A DNA stretch of 64,000 nucleotides from Octopus bimaculoides (GCF_001194135.2 NC_068998.1:26535312-26599311), one strand, 5' to 3'. Positions 26,462 through 43,427 are shown, counted from the stretch's first letter. Notes: generated by a model not told the origin, from the letters alone. Program-made: numbers and translations.

Positions 26462-26771
26462 ACAGACATTCCGTCGATTACGACGACGGGGTTACCAGTT
26501 GATCCGATCAAGAGAACTGCCTGCTCGTGAAATTAACTTGCAAGTGGCTGAGCACTCCACAGATAAGCGTACGCTTAACGTAGTTCTCCGGTAAATTCAG
26601 ATTGTGACAAGGCTGACCCTCTGAATTACAAGTACTACCATTTTTGTCAGCTGAGTGGAATAAAGTGAAATAAAGTGTCTTGGTCAAAGAAAACAACGTA
26701 CCACCGGGAATGGAACGCATGACCTTTTGATCGTGAGTTGAATGTCCTAACCATTAAACCAAGCGCCTTCC
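26462..26771 (-). mobile_element. tRNA-derived SINE family C
   Basis: tRNA-like head at the right end on the minus strand, and body GCTCGTGAAATTAACTTGCAAGTGGCTGAGCACTCCACAG. It shares TTTTGYCAGCTGAGTGGA with the 55365-55590 copy. Confidence 0.75.
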
Positions 26772-27853
26772 CTGGTTTGCCCTAAAACATGACATTTCAT
26801 TTTAATGGCTTGAGGTAAAGTAGTTGCAGATTGATAGCATTCTACTTTCATAGCTATAAAATGTTATTTCCTACATTGCACACACAAAACTTAAATTAAC
26901 AATTACACCCTGAAGCGTTACGTGAGCTAATACTAAGCCAACTATCAGCTATTAAAGCAGCCAAATTTTCCTCTAATCATAGACTACTGTCATGATCTTG
27001 ACAGAAATGTTTATGATTCAGTCCAATTCGGCGCTAGACAACAACTTCCTCTGAAGAAAATATAGACTAAAAAATATGAAAGAAATACGTATTCTAAAAA
27101 CTTCCGTGAAATAAGGTAATCTATAGAACAAATAAAGAGATTCTTGGATAATTTTCGCCATAAAAATATTTGTCCTGTATTTCTAGGTCATTCAGCTTCA
27201 GTAATCAAATATATTGCGTGACAATTGTAATCACATTGAATAAATCCAGTTTTTTTTTTATTATTATTATTATTAAGATGTCACATTCTTTTCAATAAAA
27301 TCTGCTGAGCTAGTTTCTCAGGTTAAACTAGATCGTGTTATAAATTATTAGTTCAAATTAGACTACTCCAACAGAAATGTTTCTTCAGAAAACAATCTAA
27401 AACCAGTTTGCCATATTATTCCGTTATATTTGACTTTTATGTCAAATTTAAAGTTTAGACACTTCGCTTTGTTTCTTCTTTGTTTTTTGTTTCACCTTTG
27501 CTTTCCGGTACTGACCTAAATAATAATTTCATTTTCCCAGAAGCAGCTTATCTACAGTCAATCTAAAACATAACTCAGCTATATAGACTTATCTCATTCA
27601 ACAACCAACACAAAATCAGAAACCTGTATGAATAAACCTAAACATTTTTTTCCCGCAGGTGAGAGTTTGGCTACCTGAAATTTTTGAGAAATGCCTGTAG
27701 AACAAGTGGCAATGAATAAATTCTCAGCGTATTAAGAATACAAGTGCGCTAGCTTGTTTCATGCGAGTCTTGTATTAAGCAATCAATGGAGAAGCAAGAA
27801 AGGTACAACAATGGACTGCTTTTTTGTTTTGTTTTCAATATTCAAGTTCCTTT

Positions 27854-28056
27854 AAGGCGAGCTGGTAGAATCATTAGCATACCGAGCAACATGCTTAACA
27901 ACATTTCGTCTGTCTCTATGTTCTGAATTCAAATTCCGCCGTGGTTGACGTTGCTTTTCATCCTTTCGAGGGTCGATAGTTGAGTACTGAGGTCGATTGA
28001 ATCGACTTACCCACTCTCCCGAACTTGCTGACCTTGTGCAGAAATTTGAAACCAAT
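27854..28056 (+). mobile_element. SINE family A
   Basis: AAGGCGAGCTGGTAGAATCATTAGC head plus shared core. Confidence 0.9.
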
Positions 28057-29638
28057 TTTGATATTCTTAGTTCGAATATTGTCCAGAGTAGGGAAAAGGA
28101 ACACTTGGGTCAATTCAATTTACTATATTTCTTTCCTACAACCAAGTGATATCGTGACAATATAGAGAATCATTACATCTAGATATAGAAAGACTGATAT
28201 GTGCCTTTGCTCTTTTCACTGTACAAATATAGTGTTCCGAAGAAGCGTCATTTCTCTGTATCATATTGTACATAAGTAAAATTTCTGTACGACTGAATTT
28301 CAGTCATTCCTCTGATCAATCAAGGTTTTTCTGGCTCTCTCTTAATGTAAACTCTGTTTTAATTCCATGAAATATTTGCTCGTCACTTACCAGACCATGT
28401 GAGAACAGCTTGGATTTGTTCAAAATTCATGAACGTGAGGAGCTCCAAGATTGTTCAAGTACAAACAAAACAAGAATTTTTTCAACTACCGACATTTTCT
28501 ACTCGACTGTCTTTATGGTGATGGTCTTCATATTAATATGAAGGAAACTAGGGAAAATCTATTACAATGGACTTCATTATCATGCAGTTGCACATCATCA
28601 CTGTCAAATCTCAATACTTGCTTATTTACTGTAGCTGACTCAAGCGTGCATGAATCTAAGAATTCCCACCATCATCGATAACCCAAACAACAAAATTATC
28701 GACATTAAATGCTTTTATTATTAGAACTCCATATGTCTCAAATAGTTGCTGAGGTATCGCATTAAAGATAAGTAATCCGATATACCATGATCAATTATTA
28801 GTCTCTGACCCTTTACTGAATTCATACGTCAGATGACTAACCTTTTAGATGATATGAACAGCAGATCAACACCGAAATATATACTTCTACAGAATGCACT
28901 AAAATCTTTATTGTCGCCAATAAATTATATCTTACTAGATTTATTTTTGCTTCGTTATAATTCAAACTATATTTTTATCATCAGATTCTCATTATAAGAT
29001 AGTAAATTTCCTCAGTTACATGATCATGGACTATAAATTTAACTGGAGAAAGGAAAATACGGCATTGTTCCGACTGATAGCTTCGGCTGTTGTATTTACT
29101 TACAGGGTTTCATAATGTTCTTACTCAACGTGAAAAGTCATTGTTAAAGAAGAGTTTAATTCTATTCTACATTCTGATTAAAATCATTGAATAGTTTAAG
29201 AAAATAGTTGATACCTAGCAGAATGCTAATTAACAAGAAATGGAACTGACTATTTTTAATAATGATGCTGCTATAGGTTTTCAACGGAATAATCACTGGT
29301 TCATTGCTTTTCCGATGGTGAGAGTGACAAAATTTGTCTATGTACTTGGCTTTTGAAAGTATGTATTTTGTTGTCGAGATGGCTCTAGTGATAGTCATCG
29401 AAAAATTGTTCCAATTCCTGACAAATCCAATGCAAGAAATTTCCAACCAGAATGTGGGTCTTGAGAACGCATATTGAGAGGGCATGTGCAGACCTAAATG
29501 TACAAGTTCTGGTAAATAAAACTCTTTCCTGTTGTATCAATAGCCTTACTTTGAGGTCTGATGATCTGTGGTTTGTATGCAACCAGCCTAAGAGCTTCTA
29601 TTGGACTACAGTGAGTTTGTTGAATACGTACAGTTTGT

Positions 29639-29843
29639 AAGGCGGCGAGTTGGCAGAAACGTTAGCACGCTTAGCGATATTTCGTTTGTCTTTATGTTCT
29701 GAGTTCAAATTCCATCGAGGTCGACTTTGCCTTTCATCATTTCGGGGTCGATAAATTAAGTACCAGTTGCGCACTGGGGTCGATCTAATCGACTAGCCCC
29801 CTCCCCCAAAATTTTGAGCCTTGTGCCTAGAGTAGAAAAGAAT
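29639..29843 (+). mobile_element. SINE family A
   Basis: Close reverse complement of the 6593-6792 copy. Confidence 0.9.
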
Positions 29844-30292
29844 ATGCATATTTTGTCAGCCATTCGTCAGTTGATAATGTGTGAATAGTGTTGCTGCATC
29901 CTTCAGAAATACTTACAGAGAGAAATATATCTTAATATTTGGTTCTGGGAATAAATATTAAAGACAGCTTTTTAAACTAAAAAAAATTATTTTGGCTTTT
30001 ATATTGCTATTCGTTATTTTCAGCTGAAGTCAAAGAGCAAGAATTTAATAGCTTTCCCAGGTTATAAGCCAATTATTATTTCATTGGCAAAGGTATCGGA
30101 TGATTGGTTTTCTCACCTAAGCTGACACCTCGCACATATCATTTATATTACGAGGGAAGAAAATGTTTTGTAATGATAGGCTTTTCAAAAACCTTTACAG
30201 GTGCCTCGTTTTGAATTGTTTTGAGCTCTGAGTTATACTCAGTTCAATATACCAACTCAAAGATTGTTGTAAGCAGTGAATCCGAAACTCAC

Positions 30293-30377
30293 AGTTGGTG
30301 GAGTAACCACAAGACCTATTGAAGCTGAGGATTGTTCAGACGCTGCTTTGTGAGCGGTTGTTGCAAACCCTTTAACA
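30293..30377 (-). CDS. Candidate exon (VKGFATTAHKAASEQSSASIGLVVTPPT); alternative acceptor at 30457
   Basis: GTGAGT donor, locally higher GC and coding-like codons. The acceptor is uncertain. Confidence 0.25.
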
Positions 30378-33300
30378 CTGTCACTCATAAAAAGTAACAT
30401 TATTTCATTATATGGGTAATAATGTTTGAAATTGTTTGAATATAGAACTACTTCTCTCTGCACCACTCAGCAAGGCTCCTGTCTATGTTTGAGCTAAACT
30501 TCAGAATAGTAGCTAGATTTAATGGATTTTATCATTCAACAGCCAATAATCAGTCGTAGTTCTCACCCTAAGTATTCAAGTACTCGAATATTCTCACATA
30601 TTAGTAAATAATAAAATATTTTGTCTGAACTAAAAATATTTATCATTCAGAAAAATTTATATTTGTAGTGAATATTTGATATCGAAACTAGTCATAATCT
30701 TCTGTGGTAAAAATGGTTTTAGTGAATTCTAATTTGAATCGTAAATTTTTTGTTAATTTCATTTTCAAAAGCCAAAACATACCAAACAGTTTTAAATTTG
30801 AATAATTCATTTACTACCTTAAGTTCTTTTTTTTTTTCTTTTTGCTGCAGTCTCATGAATCAATCTCAGTTAAATGTTCCCTCCCAACAAAATTTCTGAT
30901 TTTGTGCCGATGTAAAAAAAATCATTCTTTCTACTAGCTTCCAGTACAAATGGTTGCTAGTTGGCAAGTGAATTATTATAAGCTACATTTTGTGAATGCC
31001 TTGTGAGATTAACATTGTTAATGTAATGCGTTGATATGATATATATTTTATGCTAAGTTGCACCTGGAACATTTAAAGAACTTTAGTTCAGTCTTTGATC
31101 TAAACTTCTATGAAACTAAGAGAGAAAGACTTAAAAGAGAATCTCATTCAGACTGTTTTACCTAGGGAATATTCAACTTAAAAGTTAATTACAAGCCTAT
31201 TTAGAAGGGTTTTTTTTTACTGTTGTACTGATTTTTCTCTTCCATTCTTTTTAAAAGAATATTTCATCTTTATTTTTTCAATATTCTTTTTTTTAAATTC
31301 TAAACATAATTATTGACCCAACTAAAAGTTTTTTTCACTCATCAAGAATACTATAATTTCATTTAAATGTTTCAGACTGTTTGAATATAAAAGACCTACT
31401 CTAGTAAATCAATGTCACTTGTTATCATAACACTTCTAAATGTAAAACAAAAATAATCAATTAATTTCAAAACACCACTGAAAGTCTACCTGCTTCATTT
31501 AGTAAATTGCAGGCATTTCAGCATTGTTTACCATTAACTCGTCACATGAGAATTATTTTATAAATTAAACTTTCCTGAATAGTTGTTACATACATATCAC
31601 TATTTAAAAGTATATTTTTATTTTACATTTTCTTGCTTGACATGTCTGTTATCTTGCAACATAGTTGTACACTTAATATGCTCAACTATTGACAACATGG
31701 TGCTCTTGACTAACCAGTATATCCATTTGTGCTTTATTCCTGCTCATTCACAATTCATTTCTATCTGAATAAAGGCTCCAGCTGTAAAGACAAATCAAAC
31801 AATATATATGCCCATATTTTTAGAATTAGCAGTTCATCCCACCCGTTATAGCAAAGAATGTTGAATGAAATATTATATAAAATATATATCGTTTGTGGTT
31901 AAGAGGGCATTTCAATCTCCAGCAACAATCATTTTATTGTAAGAGATACAGGAGAAGAAATGCTTTGTTCATGAGTATAAAATATAACAACCCTATGAGC
32001 TGTTCCTAGTGAAAAAATATTCTTGCTCAATTGCTAGCTATGCAAGATCCTTTCCTCACTAATTCTAACTTAAACATAATTTCAGAAAATTTAGCTTTCT
32101 GAAGCTTTTGTCTGTATTGTTCTAAAAACTTGTCTAATTCATATACGTGTGTTACTTTAATTATAATAAATTGATAACTTTCTCGTTATAAAGAAATCAG
32201 ATTGATTTGTTGCCAAAATATGAAGATCTTTCAAGGTATTTGCATGTCTGAAAGAAATAAATTTTCATGGTAACATGGAAGAATGGATGTAAAATTTCGA
32301 CATTGATCATGTTAACAGCATCTGATGATTTGTAGATTTATGGTTGATTTATGTGTTTTGGTCTGCTATTTTTCATTGCAAATGGTTACTGTCAATATCT
32401 TAAACACTTTGATGTATTAACATTTTGCTGGTTTACGTATTTGGTTTCAGTTTCTCAATAATTTGTTGCTTTTATCAATGACTATCTTTATTCTCATCAA
32501 TAACTACAGCAGTAAAGTAAGCTATCTCTCCTGTTATTGACCCATCACACTATATATAAGCTGCTACTTTCCCTATATATCTACAGGCAGAGAATATGGA
32601 TAATAAGAAATCTCTGTTGTTGAAACATCACTTTATAGGGTTGCTGGATTTCCAACGTGCTTTATTGCAGAGCAAATGAAATGGAAGGAATCCAATACTG
32701 CTGACACATCATTCCATAGCTGTGATTCCAAAATTCTTTTTGCGGTTCACCTATTATCTCCATCCAGTTCCAGTTTGTTGCTGCACTTCTGTCTAATAAC
32801 CCCTCCATTGCTATATCACACAATACGATTGAAACTAGTATAACAAGTAATTTAAAGAGGATGACAATAAACACAAATGCACCTGTCTCCCCACTTTCAC
32901 TATTTTCTACTAATACTGCTTCAGCACTTGGAAGTAGTTAGCTGCAACAGATCACTAATACACCTCTACTAAACTCTGATAATGTGTTTCAACTCTATCA
33001 GACCCTGAGCTAATTATTATACCTAATCCTTCTTTCCCAGAATGTCAACCGTCTGGAATTTGCTCCCACCTTTTTTTTTTTTTCTGCAACCGTTGATTTA
33101 CTGGTGTTTAAACTAAAAATCAACCATAGCAGTTTTTCATGAAGAGACTGCAATGGTCAGGTCAGGAAAATGCTACTTTATATAGAATAACTTAAATAGA
33201 ATAACTTTACAGTTACTCTCTAGCAACATTTTTTTTTGTCTTTGACAGAATCTTCAGGTATTATATGCAAACTATGACACTGTTAATTTTCTTTTAAAAT

Positions 33301-34668
33301 TTAAAAAAGAAAATATCAGATCTATTTCCCTCACTGTTCCAGTTGTATTATATGTTACCATTTAGAAATATTTCAAATGAAAAAAAATTAGTACTTTGCT
33401 TTCTAAGAAAGTCTAGTACCAGATAATGAGAAAAAAAAATCAAATGTGAGTAGTTCGTAGATGAGGAACATAACAACATATCACTTTTGCTTTGATATGA
33501 ATGAACTTGATGAAAACTAGAAAAACTTAAATGCATTTAGACAAACTTATTTATATCTAAAGAATTTATCTTCTATTTTTTCTTCTGTATTATACATTAT
33601 GGCTTCAATAGCTTTCATGCTGGAGAATAACTGACTTAGGATTCATTCATGGACCATTAGTAATAACTAACGCCTGCAACAATATTGAATGTGTTTTAAC
33701 AAGAATTTTTTTTTTTTTTTCTATGAGGTGATGCTTTTTTTCAGATTCTACTTATATACTTTTAGAAATTAAATGGGTTGTTCACTTTCATTTGTTCATT
33801 TGTGTGTGTGTGTGTGTGTGTGNNNNNNNNNNNNNNNNNNNNNNNNNNNNNNNNNNNNNNNNNNNNNNNNNNNNNNNNNNNNNNNNNNNNNNNNNNNNNN
33901 NNNNNNNNNNNNNNNNNNNNNNNNNNNNNNNNNNNNNNNNNNNNNNNNNNNNNNNNNNNNNNNNNNNNNNNNNNNNNNNNNNNNNNNNNNNNNNNNNNNN
34001 NNNNNNNNNNNNNNNNNNNNNNNNNNNNNNNNNNNNNNNNNNNNNNNNNNNNNNNNNNNNNNNNNNNNNNNNNNNNNNNNNNNNNNNNNNNNNNNNNNNN
34101 NNNNNNNTGGGGTCTTCTTGATGTTTACTTAAGAAATACACTGAACATTTATGTGCCTATATATATTTATATATAAGTTTACATGCTAATCTTTATAGAC
34201 ATTTGTAATATGCCACAAAATTCATTATTCCTAAAAAGGATTATTTATGTGTGTGTGTGTGTGTGTGTGTGTGCGTATGTGTGTGTGTATGTGTGTGTGT
34301 GTGTATTCACGTATCACATCAGCTTTCAAAAGTAATATTAAATATATATACAACCCAATAAAAATATGTTAAATATGCAAAGTATATGCAGATAATGAAA
34401 TATTATATGCATCATTACAGTTAACCAGGATTATCTCGCAACAAAGCAACATTTCATCAGATCACATTTTTGTCTATTCATCTATTTTCTGCTAATTACA
34501 AAAGTTAGCCTTAAAAGTTTTTAGAACAAGTAATTATTAATAACTGAAGGAGATGTCTATTCAAATATTTATATGTATGTATGTATATACGTATATGTTT
34601 AATATAATTTAGGTGTAAACTTTTTAATGTTCATATAAGAACTTTTATGTCATTATTTGGCTACCCCT

Positions 34669-34882
34669 AAGATGGCGTGCTGGCAGAATCATTAGCACAC
34701 TGGACAAAATGCTTACCAGTATTTCGTCTTTTTACATTCTGAGTTCAAACTAAACCAAAATCGACTTTGCCTTTCATCATTTCTGAGTCAACAAAGGAAG
34801 TACCAGTTGAATGCTGAGATTGATGTAATTGAGTTACCCCTCCCCCAAAATTGCTGGCCTTGTGCCAAAACTAGAAATTATT
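34669..34882 (+). mobile_element. SINE family A, CpG-decayed
   Basis: Same layout, with most CpGs converted to TG/CA. Confidence 0.85.
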
Positions 34883-35155
34883 TGGCAACCACATGTTTCT
34901 GTAATGGTTTTTGAATATAAACTCAGCAAATTAAAGCTGCTGTGTGGTGCATAAACATATGTCAGGATCTACTCTTAAAACCTGTTATCTTCCACCTTCA
35001 TGCTATATTATCATTGTATATACATATATATATATATATATACATACATACAAATACATATATATATATATATACACACATACAAATACACACATACAAA
35101 TACACACACATATATATATATATATATATGCATACAAATACATACATATATATAT

Positions 35156-35545
35156 ATCATTATCATCATTTAACGTCTGTTTTAGCTTATAATAATTCAC
35201 TTGCCAACTAGCAGCCATTTGTACAGGAAGCTAATAGAAAGAATGACTTTTTCTATGGGTTGGACGGTTTGACTGACGTCTGGAAAACCAGCGACTGCAT
35301 CAGGCTCCAATCTGATATGGCAATGTTTCTACAGCTGATACACTTCCTAATGCCAACCACTCCGAGAGTGTAGTGGGTGCTTTTTACATGCCACTGGCAC
35401 AGGAGCCAGACAGGTGGGTCTGGCATCGATCATGCCTGGATAGCGCTTTTTACATGCCACCAGTACCGGAGCTAGTCAGGGGGCACTGGTATCGACCACA
35501 TTTGGATGATGCATTTTACATGCCACTGGAATGGGAGCATATGTG
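35156..35545 (-). mobile_element. Retroposon family D (RTE-like tail ending (GAT)n), older copy
   Basis: CATCATTTAACGTC tail, CTACAGCTG..CCTAATGCCAACCACTCCGAGAG body and three internal TTTTACATGCCAC-initiated units. Confidence 0.75.
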
Positions 35546-35946
35546 TGTCCCAATTTGGTGATATCAAAATGAAACAAAGGATGGATTTCAAGTAAACCTC
35601 TCGATGGACGGTCACAGATTTTAGCAAATGTTCTTGACCAGAACATCTGCTATGTGGTAGCAGGGTGTGTTAGAAATNNNNNNNNNNNNNNNNNNNNNNN
35701 NNNNNNNNNNNNNNNNNNNNNNNNNNNNNNNNNNNNNNNNNNNNNNNNNNNNNNNNNNNNNNNNNNNNNNNNNNNNNNNNNNNNNNNNNNNNNNNNNNNN
35801 NNNNNNNNNNNNNNNNNNNNNNNNNNNNNNNNNNNNNNNNNNNNNNNNNNNNNNNNNNNNNNNNNNNNNNNNNNNNNNNNNNNNNNNNNNNNNNNNNNNN
35901 NNNNNNNNNNNNNNNNNNNNNNNNNNNNNNNNNNNNNNNNNNNNNN

Positions 35947-35995
<49 letters not shown>

Positions 35996-36277
35996 CAGAT
36001 GACTATGGTACTTAAGTTGAGGCACCAGAATTTAGTATGGTATTATCCATTCAATTTCAAAGTAAGGTGATTAAAATCAAAATAAACAACAAGAATACCC
36101 AGAGGTAATGCAGTACGATCGTTTCATGCAACTACATTTAATTGAACAATGCAATCATTACATCAATATATATACACACACACACATATATATATATACA
36201 TATATTACATACACACACACACATATATGCATATATACATACAAATATATTTGCATGTATGTGTGTATATATACATC

Positions 36278-36324
<47 letters not shown>

Positions 36325-38592
36325 AATATGCACATAAGTAGTATTATCAAGTCATTTGGATGATGAGGTTGTGAAAAGCTTGAAACATTAATAGACTTAT
36401 TTGTGAGAAAAAACATAAAGCCCCATGAAAGAGAAATAAAAAATCTTTATTAGAAAAGGTTAAACTCAAACATAGTTTCCAAAATAAAATATTGAAAGAA
36501 AAATGTTTCATATATACATGCATTCACATCCAAAGACACACCCATGTACCCATACACACATACATGTATACACATGCATACACACACACATGAACTCATA
36601 TACTCACACAAACATTTATATACATACAGTTTTTTTTTTTATCAATATTCTTATCTTCAAAGGAACATGGAATGTATTTTTGAATAAATCAATGAGTAAT
36701 CAATAACTGACTTGTTGGCATTTCTTTTCTACAGAATGACTTCTCCCATTTGCTGAAATGGTTTGGGTTAAAAAAACATGAAATCTAATTAGATATCTTT
36801 CAGTATGGTAACTTTGTAATGGAATAAATACTTATATTTCTATTTATTTACTTTAAGAATTAAATAGCAGTGCTGAAATATTTCCAATTCATTAAGACTG
36901 GGTACTGCAGTTTTGATTTTCTTTTTCTTTTGAATCTAATAGAATGTTTTAAAATATTCTATTAAAATGTTGTTTTGATGATGTCGATTTGTTTTCATTT
37001 TGTTTTCAATTTTACATCTTTATCATTTCTTTTAACTTAATCTCATATTGGGAGTAATGGTTTTTCTTATTTATTTTTCAGGTAAGGTATAATTTTTTGG
37101 TGGTACTTAATGACTGAAAAACTATTTCGCTTCTTTGAGCTCAAAGAAGTTCTTTTCTATGTGAGAATGAAAAAGAAACAAACACTAACACAAGGCAAGT
37201 ATTTTTTGTAATTTGAAACTGTAATAACTAGAGATAACGCCAATGTTGTAATCATAAAGAATTTGTGTTGCAATTTTGATGTTGGAAACAAGGAAAAATG
37301 TGCATTATTCATCAGAGCCAGCAATCAACTATTTCTTTCTCTTTCTTTTCAACATCTTGGCCTAAATAATCAATTTTATCTGGAACTTTCCATCTGACAT
37401 GTCTGACAATGTTGTTAACCTTTTTTGATTTATGAAATAAATTTCGCAACATTTCAGTATGCCAAAATAAATGATTTATTGGTATAGACGCAACATTTTA
37501 CAGTTATTGATGTCTTGAAATCCAAAGCTATAGGTTCAAATCGTAACTTCAACATTACGATGTAATTAGTTAGAGCATTTCTGTCTATTTTATGATTAAT
37601 CCCTTCATAAATCAATATGATTTACGGTACCTCGCATTCATAAATCCTGGACTGAATTTTGTTGTGGTTTCTGTGCTAAACTTTTCTCTGTGTCTTTTAC
37701 AAAATATTTTGGTATCTTTTACACAACATTTCATTGCTCTGTACTTAACATTCTAGAGCTATATCCTATATTAAATATTTCTGTGTCTTCTAACCTAAGA
37801 TACACATGTCAAGTATTTAACATTCATATGTCCTGTTTTTAACATTTCTTTGTTCTATAATTAACACTCATAATACATGATAATACTCTTCTGTTCTGTG
37901 CTGTACTTAGCATTCCTATGTCAAGTACTCAGTGCCAGCAACCCTACGAGTGGCCCTTCTGTATATAACTTTAAATTTACATATCCTGTACAGAACATTC
38001 TTGTGCTACATTTTGTAGACAATATTACTTTGCTGTATATTGTACTTAACATCCATATTTCTTGTAAACAAAAAAATTTCCTTAATAATTCCTTTTTGTA
38101 AATGAACAGATATATTTACTGTGAAATACAGTGCTAGTTGCGTGTGTGTAATTCACTCAAATCATTTGCATAATTAATAAACAATCACAGCGAACTAAAA
38201 TGCGTAGCAGTAAGTTAGTAACTCTGAAATATGCCCCGAAGCCAGTTATTTGATACAGCATTTCTCTTTGATTCTACTTGAATGTAATGACCAGAAATAT
38301 GAATGTAATGACCAGAAATATGAGTGACATATCTTGCCTTATCAATAGCTTGAACAATCCTCATCTGATAAATGCTATCTTGGTCTTAAAATGTCTGTCA
38401 AAATGGATACTTCCTGAAATTCTCCAGTGTCTAAAAAAAAGTGAATAGAAGTAAGGAATCCTGAATGAGAATGCAGATAAAGATGTGTCTATAATATTTC
38501 CTCGTTACTATTCAATTTGACATACTGTTTATCTCTGTCTTACTGTTTATTTCTCTTAACTAAACAATTTTAGATGAGATAACAATGAAACC

Positions 38593-38721
<129 letters not shown>

Positions 38722-38907
38722 ATGAGAAGGCACAGAATAAGTATAGCCAAGGAAACCTAGCAGAAAGATCAAAAGAATGAAATAAAAGTCATTGAGAAGC
38801 CACTTGAGTAATTAGTTAATTGATAATAAAACTGGAGTGAACCACAACCAGAGCATATGACTTTTAATGAAAAAAATCACCTTCCCAAAGAGCAACAAAA
38901 TATATGT

Positions 38908-39078
38908 ATCATCATCATCATCATCATCATCATCGTTTAACGTCCGCTTTCCATGCTAGCATGGGTTGGACGATTTGACTGAGGACTGGTGAACCAGGTG
39001 GTTACACCAGGCTCCAATCTGATTTGGCAGAGTTTCTACAGCTGGATGCCCTTCCTAACGCCAACCACTCCGAGAGTG
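38908..39078 (-). mobile_element. Retroposon family D, young truncated copy
   Basis: (CAT)n-CGTTTAACGTCCGCTTTCCATGCTAGCATGGGTTGGACG... Confidence 0.9.
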
Positions 39079-39154
39079 TGTGTATGTGTATTTATATATA
39101 TATATATGTATATATGTATGTATATATGCATGTATATATATGTATGTATATATG

Positions 39155-39204
<50 letters not shown>

Positions 39205-39464
39205 CCATACTCTGGGATATCCTAAAAACAGCTGTAAAATTGATTTTTTTTTCCAATAATAATGATGTATATGACTTGAGATGTGTTGCCTTGCCTCAAT
39301 GTTTGTTGTCCTCTTTAACAATTATATATCTGCTGTATTGAAAATCTGCAATAGCTCCATAACTACTGTATCGGCTATAACTTTGGAGCCCTAGTAATCC
39401 ATTACAGCACTTACCTAGTGTACCTAATCATTTAGATTACCTGTGAAGTAAACCTCCATATTTT

Positions 39465-41585
<2,121 letters not shown>

Positions 41586-42180
41586 CATTCTACAAATGCC
41601 ATATATTAGTGGCACAGTGAAATTCGAAGGTATTCCAAAGATTCTCCATTCAAGATTCTTTAAATGATCGTTGTTGCATGCAACACTTGGTTGCAAACAC
41701 TAGGAACTCTCTTAACTCACAAAGTCTTATCACTTTGTTCACAACTGGTTTGAACTCTCTTCAGAAGACCTTAAACAACTCTCAAAGGAAAACATACATG
41801 CATTCATAAATAGTTACATAAAAAGTGGTCTTCACAATTTCCAATGATGTCAATATCAGAAATAATGTTAGTGCAAATAAATGTGGTGATTAGGAAATGT
41901 ATTAGGTGTTTACTAACATTTATTGACTGAAGAAGCAATGGAGGTAAAAGTTTCTGTATAATTAATCTTAGTGATGTATGTGATGGGCATCCACTCAATG
42001 TCAATATGGCACAGAGGGATCAAACTTTTCACTACATGTTTGTGAAACAAACGTCTCAATCAAGCAGCTATACCTACTCCCTTTGACCAAATACTTGCCC
42101 TCTTAGTGATGTATTGGTACTAAGTGAAAAACCACTATGACAATCCTATAACTATGATCAATTACATCTGTAAGAGGTGC

Positions 42181-42467
42181 TTAACCCGTTAGCATTCAGA
42201 TTAATCTGTGAAGTGTAATGTAATGCTTATATTTTTTATTCTTTTACATGCTTCAGTCATTTGACTATGGTTATGCTGGTGCAGCTTATATATTCACATT
42301 TTAGAAAGTTAATCATGCATTATGTCGTAGCTTCGAAATTTTGAGGATGTGATTATATACTTATAACATTGTAGGTTAGGTGTAAGAAGCAAGATCTGGA
42401 CGGTTATGACATAAAACAGGTTGAATATTTGATTTGGATATGGCTGGTTTAAAAGCTAAATGGTTAA
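42181..42467 (+). mobile_element. TTAA-flanked (piggyBac-like) MITE
   Basis: TTAACCCGTTAGCATTCAGA ... GCTAAATGGTTAA, containing a ~55-bp SINE-B tail fragment. Confidence 0.8.
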
Positions 42468-42509
42468 AGATAATACTGACAACATGTGATGATGCATTTA
42501 TTTCCAGCA

Positions 42510-42737
42510 TTAACCCTTTAGTGTTTAAACCAGCTGAACCCAGCCCATATATTCTACCTCTTTTAGCTTCAAACTGACCAGATCTAGTGTCTCACACCTA
42601 CCCTACAATGTCATTCTAAAAATAATCAATCATGTCATCAAAACTTTGTAGTTATAAGATAATGCATGATTAATTCAAAACAATATGAATAAATAAACAT
42701 TACATTTGACAGAGAAATCTGAATGCTAGACGGTTAA
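42510..42737 (-). mobile_element. TTAA-flanked (piggyBac-like) MITE, inverted relative to its neighbour
   Basis: TTAACCCTTTAG ... TCTGAATGCTAGACGGTTAA. The body is the reverse complement of 42181-42467. Confidence 0.8.
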
Positions 42738-42819
42738 TATTATTACAATGGGATTGAATGGTTCAAAGCAGGAATTAATGGGGTAGCTTTTACATGGTCA
42801 TTCACCCTCCTACAAACAG

Positions 42820-42992
42820 TAACCAAATATCCCTCAAATAAAGCCCCAACTGTCTTAAACAAAAGACAATGAATAATGTAATTGAAGATATTCCAAAAAT
42901 AGAAGAACAAGCTGATATAGCCAGAATGCTTTTGATAATAGTTTGACTCCAATAAGGTTGACCTAACCTGTGGCTAAACAACCACAATCTGT
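42820..42992. repeat. Old dispersed repeat (AATAGCAGCCAAATxTCCCTCAAAT family); related pieces at ~10495, 13150, 19040, 26950, 47650, 62640 and 63000
   Basis: Recurring degenerate motif ending GTGGCTAAACAAC, seen on both strands. Confidence 0.55.
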
Positions 42993-43427
42993 TTTAAAAT
43001 GTGTTTAAATATTTACAATTTTTACTTAAAATATGGTATTTCAACTGTAGTATCAGTTTTGTTAAATCAGAAAGCTTGCAGTTCTAAAAATATAAAATAT
43101 ATATATATATATAAAGGTGGTGGTGAGAATTTGTCAGCTGAGAATGTAATGCTAATTCATTCTTTGGAATGATTTAACAAATTCACACATTAAGAAATAA
43201 TACAATGGTATAGTATTTCTTTGATAAAATATGTAGTTTACAATGGATGCAATCAAATAACACAATTGTTAGATTTCTGTCTTTTGTTTGAGAAGTTGCC
43301 ATTTTAACTCACCTTCTCTAACAAATTTTTCTTGATACAATAGGTTTTAACATAAATATGATTATAAGAATACATGCATGTAATATATAGCCTAGCATAC
43401 AGTCCATATTTCCGTAATTGTTCTTAC

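Noticed and set aside
28451-28681. LYGDGLHIN resembling a CR1/L2 ORF1 esterase DGLH motif
   Set aside because: A single short motif with no supporting context.
38280-38321. 21-bp tandem duplication
   Set aside because: Ordinary slippage duplication with two units only.
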